IMG/VR virus record: IMGVR_UViG_3300044610_000169
DNA: 64,000 nucleotides
Origin: an uncultured virus (IMG/VR IMGVR_UViG_3300044610_000169)
Lineage: Duplodnaviria; Heunggongvirae; Uroviricota; Caudoviricetes
Reading direction: 5' to 3' (one strand)
Shown in pieces: positions 58,101-64,000 of the stretch; positions within the stretch are counted from its first letter, which is position 1; every line of letters begins with the position of its first letter. The position numbers and the translations under genes were made by a program. The notes beneath the pieces are model-generated. The model was not told the origin of the DNA, did not search any database, and saw nothing but the letters and a program-made list of their open reading frames with translations.

Positions 58101-59410
58101 TTCTTGGCACGAATCTGCTCAAGTTGGTATCGGCGAGCGCGGATAGACGACAATCCAGCACCACCAACCGCCGGTACTCCAAGCAAGAACGCCATCGGCA
58201 GAGCTGCTTCCTTGGTTTGCTCCCATCCGTTGGCAAACGCATCCGCGATCGTTTTCTCTTTGGCGTCCTTGTCGATGTACTGCGCAACGTACTGACCGAG
58301 ACCGCTCGTGACGCCTTGCAAATACTCCTCACCCAACTCTGGAGGTGCTTTCTTCAACGCTTCCCACAAATACTGGCGAGCTGCCTTCATCGCCCCTTGC
58401 TTGAGCGAAACGGTGCCACCAAACGGATTCGGAACGATACCCTCGACCAGACCTGCGACCGTTGCTGTGCCGCCAGCAAGCAACCGCAATTTCCAGTCGT
58501 CCTCCATGCCGATTTCTTTGAGTTGGTCAACCTCTTGAGCGTATTGACCTGGAAACGCAGCCGACGTGATACCAGCTAGTGTTCCAGCACCCTGAAAAAC
58601 GCCTTTTGTCGTTGCGCCTTTCAAACCGATCGCTGTTGGAACGCGACCAACCGCACCAGCCGCCTGAAATGCTGCCTTTGCTCCAGGGACTCCTGCCGCA
58701 GCACCTCTAGCCAGTAACGTTCCAGCCCCTTGACCAGCAGCACGCCCAAGACCACCAGCACCAACGATGGTCGCCATCCACGGTGCCATTTGGAGAGCTT
58801 GAAGAGGACCGCGTTCGTACCACGGATCGCTTGGACGAGCAGGATCGAACTCTTGTGCGGCCATTGCGTCAAGTTTGCGAATAGTTTCGATTTCCTCTGC
58901 GGTCCCCCCAGCACCGAACAACTCCTTGACAGGTTGAGACACCTGCGCGACGCCTCTGCTGACAGCACCCATGGTACGATTGAGGATTCCGCCGCGATCG
59001 TCACCCATCTGCTGCGAGACACCTGACGACACCCGCAACACCTCTTCCAGTTGCTCAGGTTTCAGCTTGCGAATGATTTCGAGACGCTTCGCTCGATCGC
59101 CGACGTTCATCTGGAGATCTTTGGCAATGCTGACCACCTTTGGGTCCGCTTGCTCGGCATAGGCTCGCTGCTGCCGACGCTGATTGACTTCCTTTTTCCT
59201 TTGCGAAAGCGAATACAAATCAAGAAAGCTATTTCCCGTATCCTTTAACCTACTGTCGATAATCGCCTGTTCGCGTGGATCTTCATACGCAGGGATCGCA
59301 AGTCCTTCCGAAGCAGGAGCGACGCTACTCTCCACAACTGGCGTTTGCGATAAGCTGCCAGTGCTCTTTTGCCTCTGCACTTCCCTGAACATCTCTAGGA
59401 AATCACCCAT
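43196..59410 (-). CDS. Giant (5404 aa) polyvalent, probably virion-ejected protein
   Basis: Uninterrupted ORF. Domains seen by motif: Gly/Ala hydrophobic N-terminus, TGT/DpdA-like barrel (about 55190-55875), FGKH domain, Strawberry-notch-like SF2 helicase (about 52800-54300), DdrB/ParB-like (about 50100-51140), ART-PolyVal-like (about 48910-49400), EEVQSDW domain, HEYAH metallopeptidase (47264-47278), coiled coil, LPD38-like C-terminus. Confidence 0.9.
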   Translation of the reverse strand: MGDFLEMFREVQRQKSTGSLSQTPVVESSVAPASEGLAIPAYEDPREQAIIDSRLKDTGNSFLDLYSLSQRKKEVNQRRQQRAYAEQADPKVVSIAKDLQMNVGDRAKRLEIIRKLKPEQLEEVLRVSSGVSQQMGDDRGGILNRTMGAVSRGVAQVSQPVKELFGAGGTAEEIETIRKLDAMAAQEFDPARPSDPWYERGPLQALQMAPWMATIVGAGGLGRAAGQGAGTLLARGAAAGVPGAKAAFQAAGAVGRVPTAIGLKGATTKGVFQGAGTLAGITSAAFPGQYAQEVDQLKEIGMEDDWKLRLLAGGTATVAGLVEGIVPNPFGGTVSLKQGAMKAARQYLWEALKKAPPELGEEYLQGVTSGLGQYVAQYIDKDAKEKTIADAFANGWEQTKEAALPMAFLLGVPAVGGAGLSSIRARRYQLEQIRAKNFVSESDAKAAGIEGNSRRERMANVESEIEQLGQQEAEASKQLDQEFINQQQQAQTPQPQVAVQPEQFAEVPIPEDGELVPQASQADLDREFFERMAARGGNVSTPPPNDTATVPPVVPQPTVQPPLQPPLGSQQRLTYNGNPIPAEYESLFNSDGLPLGWNFTRKFAESNGIGSSGVDALQNAVISGTPVSIDQAKVLEEAEVASRKLSFEQWKKETEEQNARDLEEQRLKPRETRTRADYQVTDENGEWVAIVFRVSDGSVSIFADGYNEIKYNAAFAKDKSDEELLAYAFEISNFSGAKKLSDSAPPAEQPPVQPLTDKEFFDQQASGNVATPEVPTAGDPFEGTTPPAEDPWEQPEGKEPSAQSLAGVSKDQQSQEQPVAPSQKEPWQASRLEAQEAGWGESWSSVVRRGIDQGKDVPASVRDELFAYDKEREAKSPKREEMPKAKVGDTVVRYTHKDGTGLLNNNGLDRSKLTDDEESELMELMDFGLQQPSQGIAGTFYFTQAGEAKHARMLELLSKASRSGVVRTESKLKAEPTWQSEDGQIAIPDTVDDENAAMDDMVRAEFEAQMRSRQAAPIEKKGKKRKKPRSLKKDKKPTATEQARDAARKKKADLYQQFKDEFKNKPPSGLDAKLAKIAVQIAIAEIEDGVLTFAAFVENVSTNFAADALDEIKPYFESAWRVAHSLDLTGDPGGKFDDALKGKAEGGKEVAPSETHYPDGSAYRKWMNRRHRVGDHPTSFLTGHSSNPVRDAAKANPGLGLVITPATKQYIKHGGDYSHIMIDNGAFSEFTGTAPFSEDKFFALLDSIVEAGLQDKVQFVVVPDKVGDWQGTTERWKQFYERVKEYGMPLAYVAQDGVDENMSQIPWDDFDVLFIGGSTPWKLGFDPKGQYKDFNRPTDEELSKAGVLRSQVDLIKEAKRLGKKIHMGRVNSWKRMEWANYGYQVDSADGNFIGAAPDTNLPKVLGWLEQTGGGSFLAPTEPTPAEVVFGEITDGRKPDLQIAAVAANNQYGIWAKIGTRWRFIGNAGANREQAIAKAKERAESIARGETTGVAFIGSELLAVKPKLIQVLENTLDPEQLVSAEKVAIGDQPVGFGKHANKTVKDLIEQEPGYVSWLIENATTPRAKQIVSYLLERPEFAAKIEQENQNVSNLVDEKATKLLAKFGLRANASSGRIYIKGETYEWKDQIRNAGGRWNKGDEAWSLTAEGFEKLQEELRGLPVPDDATGGRLPAYLKDTELRRLREDVDGRPDSRKSPGVVAGLVGQDTKDLISQGLKIGMPQRVVDEQIEDVGSIVDAYKENKGLFLLASEPGSGKTFVLGGAIRELKKAGAKKFTYVTLRTELIGQIKNDLKAYGIDDVEFITYPAMRSGGAKQSDVLIFDEAHSIKNIDESQQAKEAAKWIRKAGFTIFASATPMENPVQAEYLEPTGVFEDLGGFKQFALLFGANIRRIGDQEYIAWERNPLSETDARRSQEYLTKRGLMVSRRIMLPENQVDSRFVKIGVQDSDAARYDALAQAAAENAQQLFGYGRPYIVNLQKRLLEASKVNQAMDEAQAALDRGRFPIIFVETKEKRSIDIPSLIERLDEYNRAVSAAQMMGDEKPQRKDFGLPPAGVVETFAAYMSITGESTIEIPSAESVIRKRFGVGNVAIFTGSVTPAKAQKNLDAWRSGEKPLLVATMAKGGTGLSLHDKVGDHQTTQINVNLPWTATQVVQVTQRSARYGLKGKAEILWLFADNIPFDRMLSARVGGRMADMGASVHGQEIKGASDLLDWNFEERSFAGEYDQDTETSVSPWSGATVEDEGRWAGTTVNVSAKSKEEGYAGTVVRVLNKGETIEVQREGFDSAIRVPAERVSVIDLVDSKAELVQPPEKKPVAKKSKRGKKLTIGDTVTDKDGSQITINEVIHKNWGLAESGKQSVLVNLNNGETFERGSRERLLEKMKFAGIGAEEPGVSSDDIESVPIVTEDQIGGGADGTYDQMHSGLASKLVQQKMALGMKGIDGREYGIFEHSEGKWQLVSRPAATRDKKDPYAESSPESQQRRKDIDEAWSDMRSYYQLDPDSTVEVGLRDMIDGFVSGDSKPPRVAGNPDGKAYEYTGGDKRLNAIKKRAQTVANKTSAVQAVVVVGNVNTGVPTHAVIVSSPGFVGSEYNPQDSKHFAWVNSLEKLYPGMVVDVVVPTEKKIGRKDTGASEIKPRDRFIDSAGQEWEAYSSRGGVVIAHPVVDDKPQVNRDSQASFAVTDAAKSRHPEYKTDIVSVTKWKGEETTVSKEKQEDEKEKPREGEQSGQGPMGQDRRAISEYGVKGKSASVITADKSTRRATYYAVEADSLIPSHDARKNFAKNEGSLENERPYEDPKEGADSRQTVRSIAEVDKEKRYLLTSDTMSPTDGPPIVDLYGRVLGGNARSMGMQLAYAGPNADVLRSHMRAEGAKFEIPQEQLDALNNPVIIRVIEEPFDENTISSLLNESLAAAKSQATVVVSQSKRLSEETIDLVASILGAETEPSLREVMANPRQSTRIVQSIVRDGAWSDKDIAVYVDPGTGDLTAEGKLAIENMLVARVIPNVSLLGDVAPAVKQKILSAIGPLTKGLASEKFGKQLLDDLVAAIEAYDGYIAERKTNSLQSYFFEQKQMFPVPGHGSVTVAGIVHALADFTPTKFRNAMRDVVESLGIGERTPSLFGDDVTYDTIEDAVRNVINPPLRKDNDLLMQLDDRITDPPQSLFQSDPDIDATIRSKALDLGIAANEAGITAFDDFVRYSLKRNGEKLTRYMGAYLAMVGKTVGMTGVRPVKDILGVPMTPAEYVQLGKEAFAGSPQVTPEQVEAGIEAAMLTGLPQMAVGFSPAGTPVPGRKTREVLTQGDFDQPADYKFTESDYRPAVVSYARDKWGDAMASNGKPTWQNFVRWFGDSEVVDKDGKPLVVYHGGAATIDDNIIRTPFFYMTENKDEAQYFHPGVTLHEFYVRMSKPHHVDKHLDNFVDFREYADEHEELAPEDAEYADELRESTQAALTLVETLKAKGNDGIIMLGELDEDYKNYLAFDPTQVKSATGNRGTFDPNNPNMLYQEEAPRWYLKSRKLIQDKMGPKATSEQVLGMLRKNGVNDEELYWSGLEELLGSKQTVTKDEVLAAIDNGLRIEEVTLGGQPNRYANMNRQQLIYAYIDEIGYDPEEGEAESISTENIRRNLEENFAEVRQRDTKFKKYTLPGGENYKELLITRPDTAKDKERKSFKKLGELDPNTPEYDAAYEQHKADFMAARNAKEYKSQHWDQPNVLAHLRFNERMDADGKRVMFIEEVQSDWHQEGRKKGYATDAAAKLPAGFTLKNSFGQTWWVEDVNGKMVNPFKRPSREEAIGEAINGRSTSDTLQQNIATGESGVPDAPFKKSWMILAMKRAIQHAAENGFDRIAWTTGEQQADRYDLSKQVDAIQWSEKHQRLVASKMGKAVIDEKGVTSDKLEGFIGKEAAKKLLEQPDVPFQWASGSGKALDGDNLKVGGEGMKAFYDKMLPNETNKLIKKFGVNVKSTIINQTKAENDDGTLNQTPFGNTSEGITVQSFDITPAMRESALQYGQTLFQTQQQGGNVKGWTKFISGTRALIGATSKADISTVIHEYAHVIRRFLLNRDVPQDQRIDITDEEIEALEKASGAGSFVDGKWVTKWDVPAEEKFAKMWEQYFFEGKSPNTLLDSLFEKISRWMQQVYQSAMSITGGTLDPEVRDLFDKMVQRQLPADQRTGARSRDGGKDKPPIYLPVTSDQWGDNLTSLANAAANATRERLKLPSLTEPASEGFQEWLDAAVVLMRNDPTYANRLVKELQQSSRSIDDVDVAVLNLHYRHLKNLSDAAANRLFKAIDDKQGDVAIVQARRESDALINEIEDFTDMTKKVGTEAGRALVARKIALAEDYTLGNLLLKARVANVGQPLSETQLQEQRELADKIAKLEGDLAKETQEKDDLARKLAAKESIDDTQKQVGKPVRNTATNRAVKKVESFVNKFVNIFGKRDDTTTLQQTEDEAMAEDGEEVIKSFVEAGVYSFGEFMSKFKAVIKGDVPVAARAALRKAWDKLKAQGDIPAPDMSDERQTAELRRLAKMVELNLVEFGITDPEEVIDGVHEALQEVFEDVTRREAMDAMSGYGQYSPPSQKTVDKIIRDLNAQYQQMAKKEDMQQGIAPKKSGRGRDEPSPELRELIREVNEMKRNSKYFITDPESQLKTIFQAIRTGLRNRIYDLNKAIKAKEPIPGRTPNTFEAEQAKEIESLRKQRDELMADYKATFPKPELTFEQRAAIAERAVDREITKIEQQLASGNVAAKERAEPISTPALKDKQNRLESLRAQREAVREMQMTDADMEQRAERLERQAEKAYVANLLNQIADYEDRKAQGYFGPKPKKEPRTLSPREVELSRQLVSLKDEFFRYAAEYRLRNMSKVERFWDRTKETMHLSRAIMTSFDLSAVFRQGGIASLAHPRLAAAASREMLAALRRGDAEFDTMDKISKDELYTLAMRAGLSITTDSGKITRQEEAYMGRWAKWGIGKKGTKINTASQVVLKPIAASARAYTTFLNSMRFRVFKYMVSNLGAGGEVTIDEAKVIASYVNAATGRAELGKFNQAAANLNTVFFAPRYVASRFQYLAMPFYLLPSTKVSGRVKKMIAMEYARHAMGLTAFLGLSVALASLLTDDEEEKPTVEFDPRSSDFMKLKIGDTRIDPMAGLSQTVTLIGQMATGQKKGLRGDIQDLYGENRKFGDPDLWDVGTGFLRKKLAPIPGAIVDLRVGENVIGEKETVLSATTDLFVPLSFQEAGETMKARGLVGGAVVTALSLLGMGGGTYGPKTQYATADAAKREELFGKDLERVKWNDPDLAYKDYLTTAQLDKFNKQREGRKQSLVFSAAADPKRKDYNSDETFKKSVEDRDKALDAIVKAGMGPKEIQLLLIAYYKRNYGSAYETREGVYQMKESLANRLRTIRRKLNEKKTPAK

Positions 59411-59461
59411 CTGGAAACCTTTTGCCTTGTAAAGCTTGTTGATTGTCTTAAAAGTTCAGGG

Positions 59462-61723
59462 TCAGCTTATTTGACCTGTCACGCTTCTTGACGAAGACGG
59501 TGGTTTTCGCAGCACTTCCTCTGGGATTTCTCCTCGGTATGACTTGCTCATTGGACCTGACCTAGAGGGGTATTTCTTCTGCTCCGTAGTTGGCTTTTCG
59601 TACTTGCTCGCTTTTCCTTTGCCAACCTTGATCGTATTGCCCGTCGTCCAGTCGTACCCGTCTAAATACCGAGACACCTTAAATGCAGCCTCTAAGTAGG
59701 CCATATCTTCCTCGCTAAGCTGCGAGACAGGGATATTGAAGAATTGACCATCCTTTCGCTTCACAGTGATCGTCTGCTGACCAGAAGGCTGTCTAGATGC
59801 TGCTGCAAGAGACTCCACGACGAGAGTTCCTTCCAGAGTTTTCCCTTCTGCGTTTTTCCATGTCCTCAGTTTTCCTTGGTCCTGCGTTGCATCACTTGCA
59901 GGCGACGGAGCAACTGAACTTGCTGCTGGTGGCTCAGCCTGCTCAAGTTGACCAAGTAGCGATGGGCTTGCCGGTGGGCTTGCGGGTTTCATCCTGGGGT
60001 TTTTTCTTTGAGTTTCAATCGACTCTCTAAGAGAATCCGCAATCTCCTGGTCCTTCGAAGGCGGAAGCCCAGTCATTAGCGACTTAGCTCGTTGGCGGTT
60101 GTCGGTGTCTCTGTCTTGCATGACTTTACCGACTCTTTTTTGGGTTTCCTTGACCTGAGCAGAAATGTCGCCATAGATTTGACCAGGAATTTCCAGGACG
60201 TCCTTTTGGCTTCCCCATGCAGGCAATTTCTTTTTGGTGGGCTGACCTGAATTGCGACCAGCGACCAATTTTGCTACGTCATCCTCCGTGAATCCTGCCG
60301 CATCCAGCGTTGCCACTGCTGCTGCCTGTTGTTCGCGTGTCGCACTGGGGTTTGCAGCGATCGCCTCAGCTTCCTTAACCTTCGGGTCGTCCCTGCTTAT
60401 GCGCATTGGAGCGGCAGTCGCCTCTGGCAACGCATTGTAAGTCGCCATTTGCGCTGGCGTTGACGCCCCTGGCGAAACATCAGCAGTCGCAGCCGGCGCA
60501 GGCTTCTTCCTGCCGCCCATTATCGTCAGTCCACCTCTGCCGCCGCCCATGGCTGTCCCAGGCTTACCGACTGGCTCGTCGTACTCTGGCATTGTTCCGC
60601 CAGGACGGATCGAAGCGGTGACACGGTTGCCTGTCGCGGGATTGATGCCGTAATCGATCATTCCGAGGCCGTATCTACCTCCTGGCTTGCCAAGCGTTTC
60701 CTTTTGAGGGTTGACGATGCTCTGATCGGCACCACGCATCCGAGCGTACTCTGGGTTCTCTGGGTCGAAATAGTTTGTGCCTGCGCTTCTACCAGGGTTT
60801 GCAGCATCGTAAGCCATGTCTACTAAATTGGCATTGTAAGGAGCGCCGCCTGGGAGGTACTGCGTTGCAGGCTGCTGCTGCGGAGGTTGTGCAGGGTTCG
60901 CCAGCACGTTCGCAGCACCAAACACTTGTGGCGAGGTATAGCTCCCTGGCTGATACGCACCTGGACCGACCGGAGCACCCATCCCGCCTTGTGCCATCAC
61001 TGGAGACGCACCGAACGTTGGCTGACCGCCAGTGTACGACGCTTGGGGATTCGCCGCTGGAGTTGTCGCAGGAGCGTTTGGCGGTTGTGCTGCTGGTTGA
61101 CCTTGCCCTTGAGGTTGCGACAAGCCTTGCAGGAACTTCTGCTTCGCCAAGTAGTCGTTGTGCATCTGCGCCTGGATGTTCTCTGGAGTAACAGGGGTGT
61201 CTGGACCTGCCGCTTCGAGCCTAGCCTGCGCGGCTGCATACGCATTGGCGTAGTTCTTCTCGTCGCTGAAATACTCAGCCTCAGTCATGGGTGGCTTCGT
61301 TTGCAGTGCTGCTGGACCCATCTGCTGCATCATCGGCTGAACCTTGCCCGTCGACCTGGACATTCGCATGCGGGATTGCAGGTTCCCCAATGCTTGCGCT
61401 CGTTGAGTGCCGTCGATGTTCGTGTCTCGCATGATCTGCCTCATGGCACGCTGATCTTGCCGTAGCGCCCTGACCGTATCGGGATCGTACAAACCGCTAC
61501 GGATCTCCTGCTCGAGCATTGCGTCGTCTTCCCCGATCGACGGCTCACGCATCTCCCGCATTGCACCCATGCGCTGCATGTCGTACTGTTGGTCTTGCGT
61601 TCTCTGACGCATCTGCTGGTCGGCTCGCTGCTGCTGGAGGACCATCGCCATGCCGTACTTGGTCCGTGGGTTCTCTTGGTCTGGCGCAATTCCAGCGGCT
61701 TGGTGTCTGAGTACGATCGGCAT
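59462..61723 (-). CDS. Gln/Pro-rich probable ejection protein with SHD1 domain
   Basis: Low-complexity Q/M/P sequence upstream of the giant gene; RTWKN..GK..EG.....KRKDG....IPVSQLS.ED..Y near the C-terminus. Confidence 0.7.
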   Translation of the reverse strand: MPIVLRHQAAGIAPDQENPRTKYGMAMVLQQQRADQQMRQRTQDQQYDMQRMGAMREMREPSIGEDDAMLEQEIRSGLYDPDTVRALRQDQRAMRQIMRDTNIDGTQRAQALGNLQSRMRMSRSTGKVQPMMQQMGPAALQTKPPMTEAEYFSDEKNYANAYAAAQARLEAAGPDTPVTPENIQAQMHNDYLAKQKFLQGLSQPQGQGQPAAQPPNAPATTPAANPQASYTGGQPTFGASPVMAQGGMGAPVGPGAYQPGSYTSPQVFGAANVLANPAQPPQQQPATQYLPGGAPYNANLVDMAYDAANPGRSAGTNYFDPENPEYARMRGADQSIVNPQKETLGKPGGRYGLGMIDYGINPATGNRVTASIRPGGTMPEYDEPVGKPGTAMGGGRGGLTIMGGRKKPAPAATADVSPGASTPAQMATYNALPEATAAPMRISRDDPKVKEAEAIAANPSATREQQAAAVATLDAAGFTEDDVAKLVAGRNSGQPTKKKLPAWGSQKDVLEIPGQIYGDISAQVKETQKRVGKVMQDRDTDNRQRAKSLMTGLPPSKDQEIADSLRESIETQRKNPRMKPASPPASPSLLGQLEQAEPPAASSVAPSPASDATQDQGKLRTWKNAEGKTLEGTLVVESLAAASRQPSGQQTITVKRKDGQFFNIPVSQLSEEDMAYLEAAFKVSRYLDGYDWTTGNTIKVGKGKASKYEKPTTEQKKYPSRSGPMSKSYRGEIPEEVLRKPPSSSRSVTGQIS

Positions 61724-61739
61724 TTACAGAATCCTTAAA

Positions 61740-62870
61740 TCAAACGTTTGTGTTTTCACCAGCCACTTGCTGGGTCCGAATGTAATCTTTGATCAACGCC
61801 AAGCGATTCGATGCGCTAGAAAAGTGAACAATATAGGCGTTTTCCAGTCCATCGGCAAATCCCGAGTACCAGTATTGCCAGTTCCATCGATAATCGAGGT
61901 GCCTGAGCGAAGCCCCAAGCGCGACCAAATCGTCGATCTGCTTGCCCACCCACACTTGCTCTGCGCAGTGCATGGTGCCAATGTCAACTTCCGGTCTGCG
62001 CCAAATACCGCTGGATTCCCGGCGACACAAGACCACGCCTGAGTTGACGGAATGCTCCGTGTCCTCGATCTTGACTTTTGAGCGAGACTCGACCGATTTT
62101 CGCTCTTTCGTCATCCATTCCCGGTGCCGGTGCAGAAACTTGCTGGACTCTTCGCAAATACCGATCGATTCGGGGTACTCGTCGAAAATGGACGGCGATT
62201 GCTCTCGAACCACGCAATCGGCATCCAGGAACAGCGTTTCGTCGTACTGGCTTGCGAAATGACCCGTCCGGAACTTCTCGAGTCCCCACCAGTCCTCGGT
62301 GTCGTTGTCGAGACCGATAAAGTCGGCTCCGCACCGATCGGCGTAAGCCTGCATGAGCGGCCAAGTCTCCTTGGCTATCTGCATCATCTCAAGACCCACG
62401 GCAACAGACACGATGCAACGAGTCTTGGTCGTAGGGGGTCTGCGGTTGCGCCAAAGCACGTAGGCTCGCTCGATCGGAACGGCAGGCTTTGGGGTGTTCA
62501 GTCCTGCGCTCACTTCGTTGTGGAACTCCACGGTCCACTCAAACCACTCCTCGGGAGATCCGTACCTCGGCGGGAGTCGGATCAAAATCGCAGCAACCTT
62601 CTTGCGGCACTCGCAACCTGCTGGCATGTACCGCTTCCACTTCTCGAAAGCTTCGGGAGTCCCGAGCTCAATGCGATGCAGCTTCGACCACGCTCTGCGT
62701 CCCTCAATGGCTTTTCTAGCCTCGCGGTCAAGAATCACATTGCCACTGGTCGGCTTGACCGTCACGGTTGTCAGCCAGCCTCGCTTGCCAAGCACGGCAC
62801 CACACGTGCAAACGTATGGACGGATGTCATTCGAGCAAGCCTTATCGCAATGCGGACAGCTACACACCAC
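61740..62870 (-). CDS. Erv/Alr-like domain fused to a GT-A glycosyltransferase
   Basis: W.KLH...GCEC...F.W.V.FHNEV...L..PKP, then YA.RCGADF, LFLDAD, NSGVV, EQ, RWN, IVHF. Confidence 0.75.
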   Translation of the reverse strand: MVCSCPHCDKACSNDIRPYVCTCGAVLGKRGWLTTVTVKPTSGNVILDREARKAIEGRRAWSKLHRIELGTPEAFEKWKRYMPAGCECRKKVAAILIRLPPRYGSPEEWFEWTVEFHNEVSAGLNTPKPAVPIERAYVLWRNRRPPTTKTRCIVSVAVGLEMMQIAKETWPLMQAYADRCGADFIGLDNDTEDWWGLEKFRTGHFASQYDETLFLDADCVVREQSPSIFDEYPESIGICEESSKFLHRHREWMTKERKSVESRSKVKIEDTEHSVNSGVVLCRRESSGIWRRPEVDIGTMHCAEQVWVGKQIDDLVALGASLRHLDYRWNWQYWYSGFADGLENAYIVHFSSASNRLALIKDYIRTQQVAGENTNV

Positions 62871-64000
62871 TGCAATCCCTCCTTGAGCAACAGTCATCGG
62901 AACTTACCGTCACATAGTAACCACACGAACCAGTTCCGAAGATAGTGTCGCGACAAAGGCAAGCAAAATCTAGCTCGGTTATCACGTATGGACCAAAAAG
63001 GAAGCACGACTCCCCCGTCTCGCTTGCGCATCTATATTCGATCGGGTTGCGAGTGCTGGTGCCTTCACCTGTTTGCGTGCAACCACCAATGTTTGCCAAG
63101 ACGTACTTGTTGATCCCTGGCTCGGCAGTGCAAGAAAACTCGACGATAAACTGACCGCAACACTGCTGTTCCTCATGCTTCCATGCGTTGTCGACTCTAT
63201 CGTATTCGATCTGAAAACAACACGGCTCGAGGTTTATCAGGCGAGCGCAATCCTCTGGATCAGGCCAAATGCAAACGTTCAGCACTGCGGGTAGTTCAAT
63301 CTGGTTGTCGGTTCCTTCTTCGGTGTTGTCGTCGCAAAGGCACAATCCGCATCGCGGACAATTGCGGTTTCTGGTTTCAGGCGGATTGCTGTTGTAGTGC
63401 CGATAGAACTCAAAGTCATCAACCAGCATGTCCTCTTCGCTCATCCCGAAGCCGCTGTACCATCCATTTGCAAACAACCCAGGAGACTCCATCGACACGG
63501 AGCCAAGTACGGAATTGTCGACACCGGCGCAGAAGCTATCTTCGTCGATCGTCGCCCAAAACCGCCTTGAGTTTCCCGTTTCAGAGAAAATTTGCAGTTC
63601 TTTCAAGATCGATTCGCTGCCCCCGCTGCCAACCCCAAGCCGAATCCAACTCCGGTCGGCGGGATCCGCAGACCCTCCCGCAGCTCCACCAAGCCGCTCG
63701 TACTCCGCGAAGTAGTACGAAGTCGCCTCGCACTCCTCCGGATCGCCCGAGACCGTCCTGACTACGTTCAGGTAGATCCGCCACTTCTGACCGTCAGAGT
63801 ATTCCGAACCAGCTCGGTTCTCTTCCTCTTGAGTCACCACAGAGACGTACATGGAGCCAACTTCGTCGGGATGCTTTACGTTGCAGATCGCTTTCGCGTC
63901 TGGGACTTCGCATCTGGCTCTCCACGTTGGAGTGTCCACGATGTAGTAGTCGCCAGGAGTGTCGCACCAACCCTTGCCTAAGAACGGAGCAGAAACGCGA
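62860..64000 (-). CDS. Cys-rich probable virion protein, 5' end outside the window
   Basis: Frame stays open to the window edge; 24 Cys in the 359 aa shown, 20 of them in the C-terminal half, several CC pairs. Confidence 0.7.
   Translation of the reverse strand, partial: RVSAPFLGKGWCDTPGDYYIVDTPTWRARCEVPDAKAICNVKHPDEVGSMYVSVVTQEEENRAGSEYSDGQKWRIYLNVVRTVSGDPEECEATSYYFAEYERLGGAAGGSADPADRSWIRLGVGSGGSESILKELQIFSETGNSRRFWATIDEDSFCAGVDNSVLGSVSMESPGLFANGWYSGFGMSEEDMLVDDFEFYRHYNSNPPETRNRNCPRCGLCLCDDNTEEGTDNQIELPAVLNVCIWPDPEDCARLINLEPCCFQIEYDRVDNAWKHEEQQCCGQFIVEFSCTAEPGINKYVLANIGGCTQTGEGTSTRNPIEYRCASETGESCFLFGPYVITELDFACLCRDTIFGTGSCGYYVTVSSDDCCSRRDCSGV

Noticed and set aside
43293..61710. Many 60-290-aa plus-strand and alternate-frame ORFs
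   Set aside because: Shadow ORFs of long GC-rich minus-strand genes, with no RBS or motifs.
1..64000. Stop-codon recoding, diversity-generating retroelement or retron
   Set aside because: Long genes are intact in the standard code, and no reverse transcriptase or template/variable repeat pair was seen.

Overview
The window is almost entirely a tailed-phage (Caudoviricetes, podovirus-like) genome segment. The host is probably a Planctomycete (PVC group); this is inferred from an SHD1 domain, a CsrA-like gene and Cys/Arg-rich secreted mini-proteins. No host housekeeping genes, CRISPR, rRNA or DNA polymerase are visible. The minus strand, read right to left, carries a Cys-rich virion protein, an Erv/Alr-like + glycosyltransferase fusion, a 753-aa probable ejection protein and a 5404-aa polyvalent protein. 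These are followed by a recombination/replication block (exonuclease, ERF, SF2 helicase with a frameshift, fatty-acid hydroxylase, MazG, primase, SSB-like, HNHs). A plus-strand early-type region (25.1-33.5 kb) holds small genes (RadC/JAB, GP88-like) separated by repeated structured intergenic motifs. Leftwards from a divergent promoter lie a possible terminase small subunit, many small genes, a dense tRNA/tRNA-like ncRNA array (18.03-18.68 kb), a lone serine resolvase, terL, portal, scaffold, major capsid, an S8 protease with membrane/secreted genes, and tail-like proteins. Most notable observation: a tRNA-shaped RNA whose anticodon arm is replaced by an insert perfectly antisense (13 nt) to the terL start region and (9 nt) to the putative terS start. 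All functional calls come from motif recognition by eye, not from database searches.
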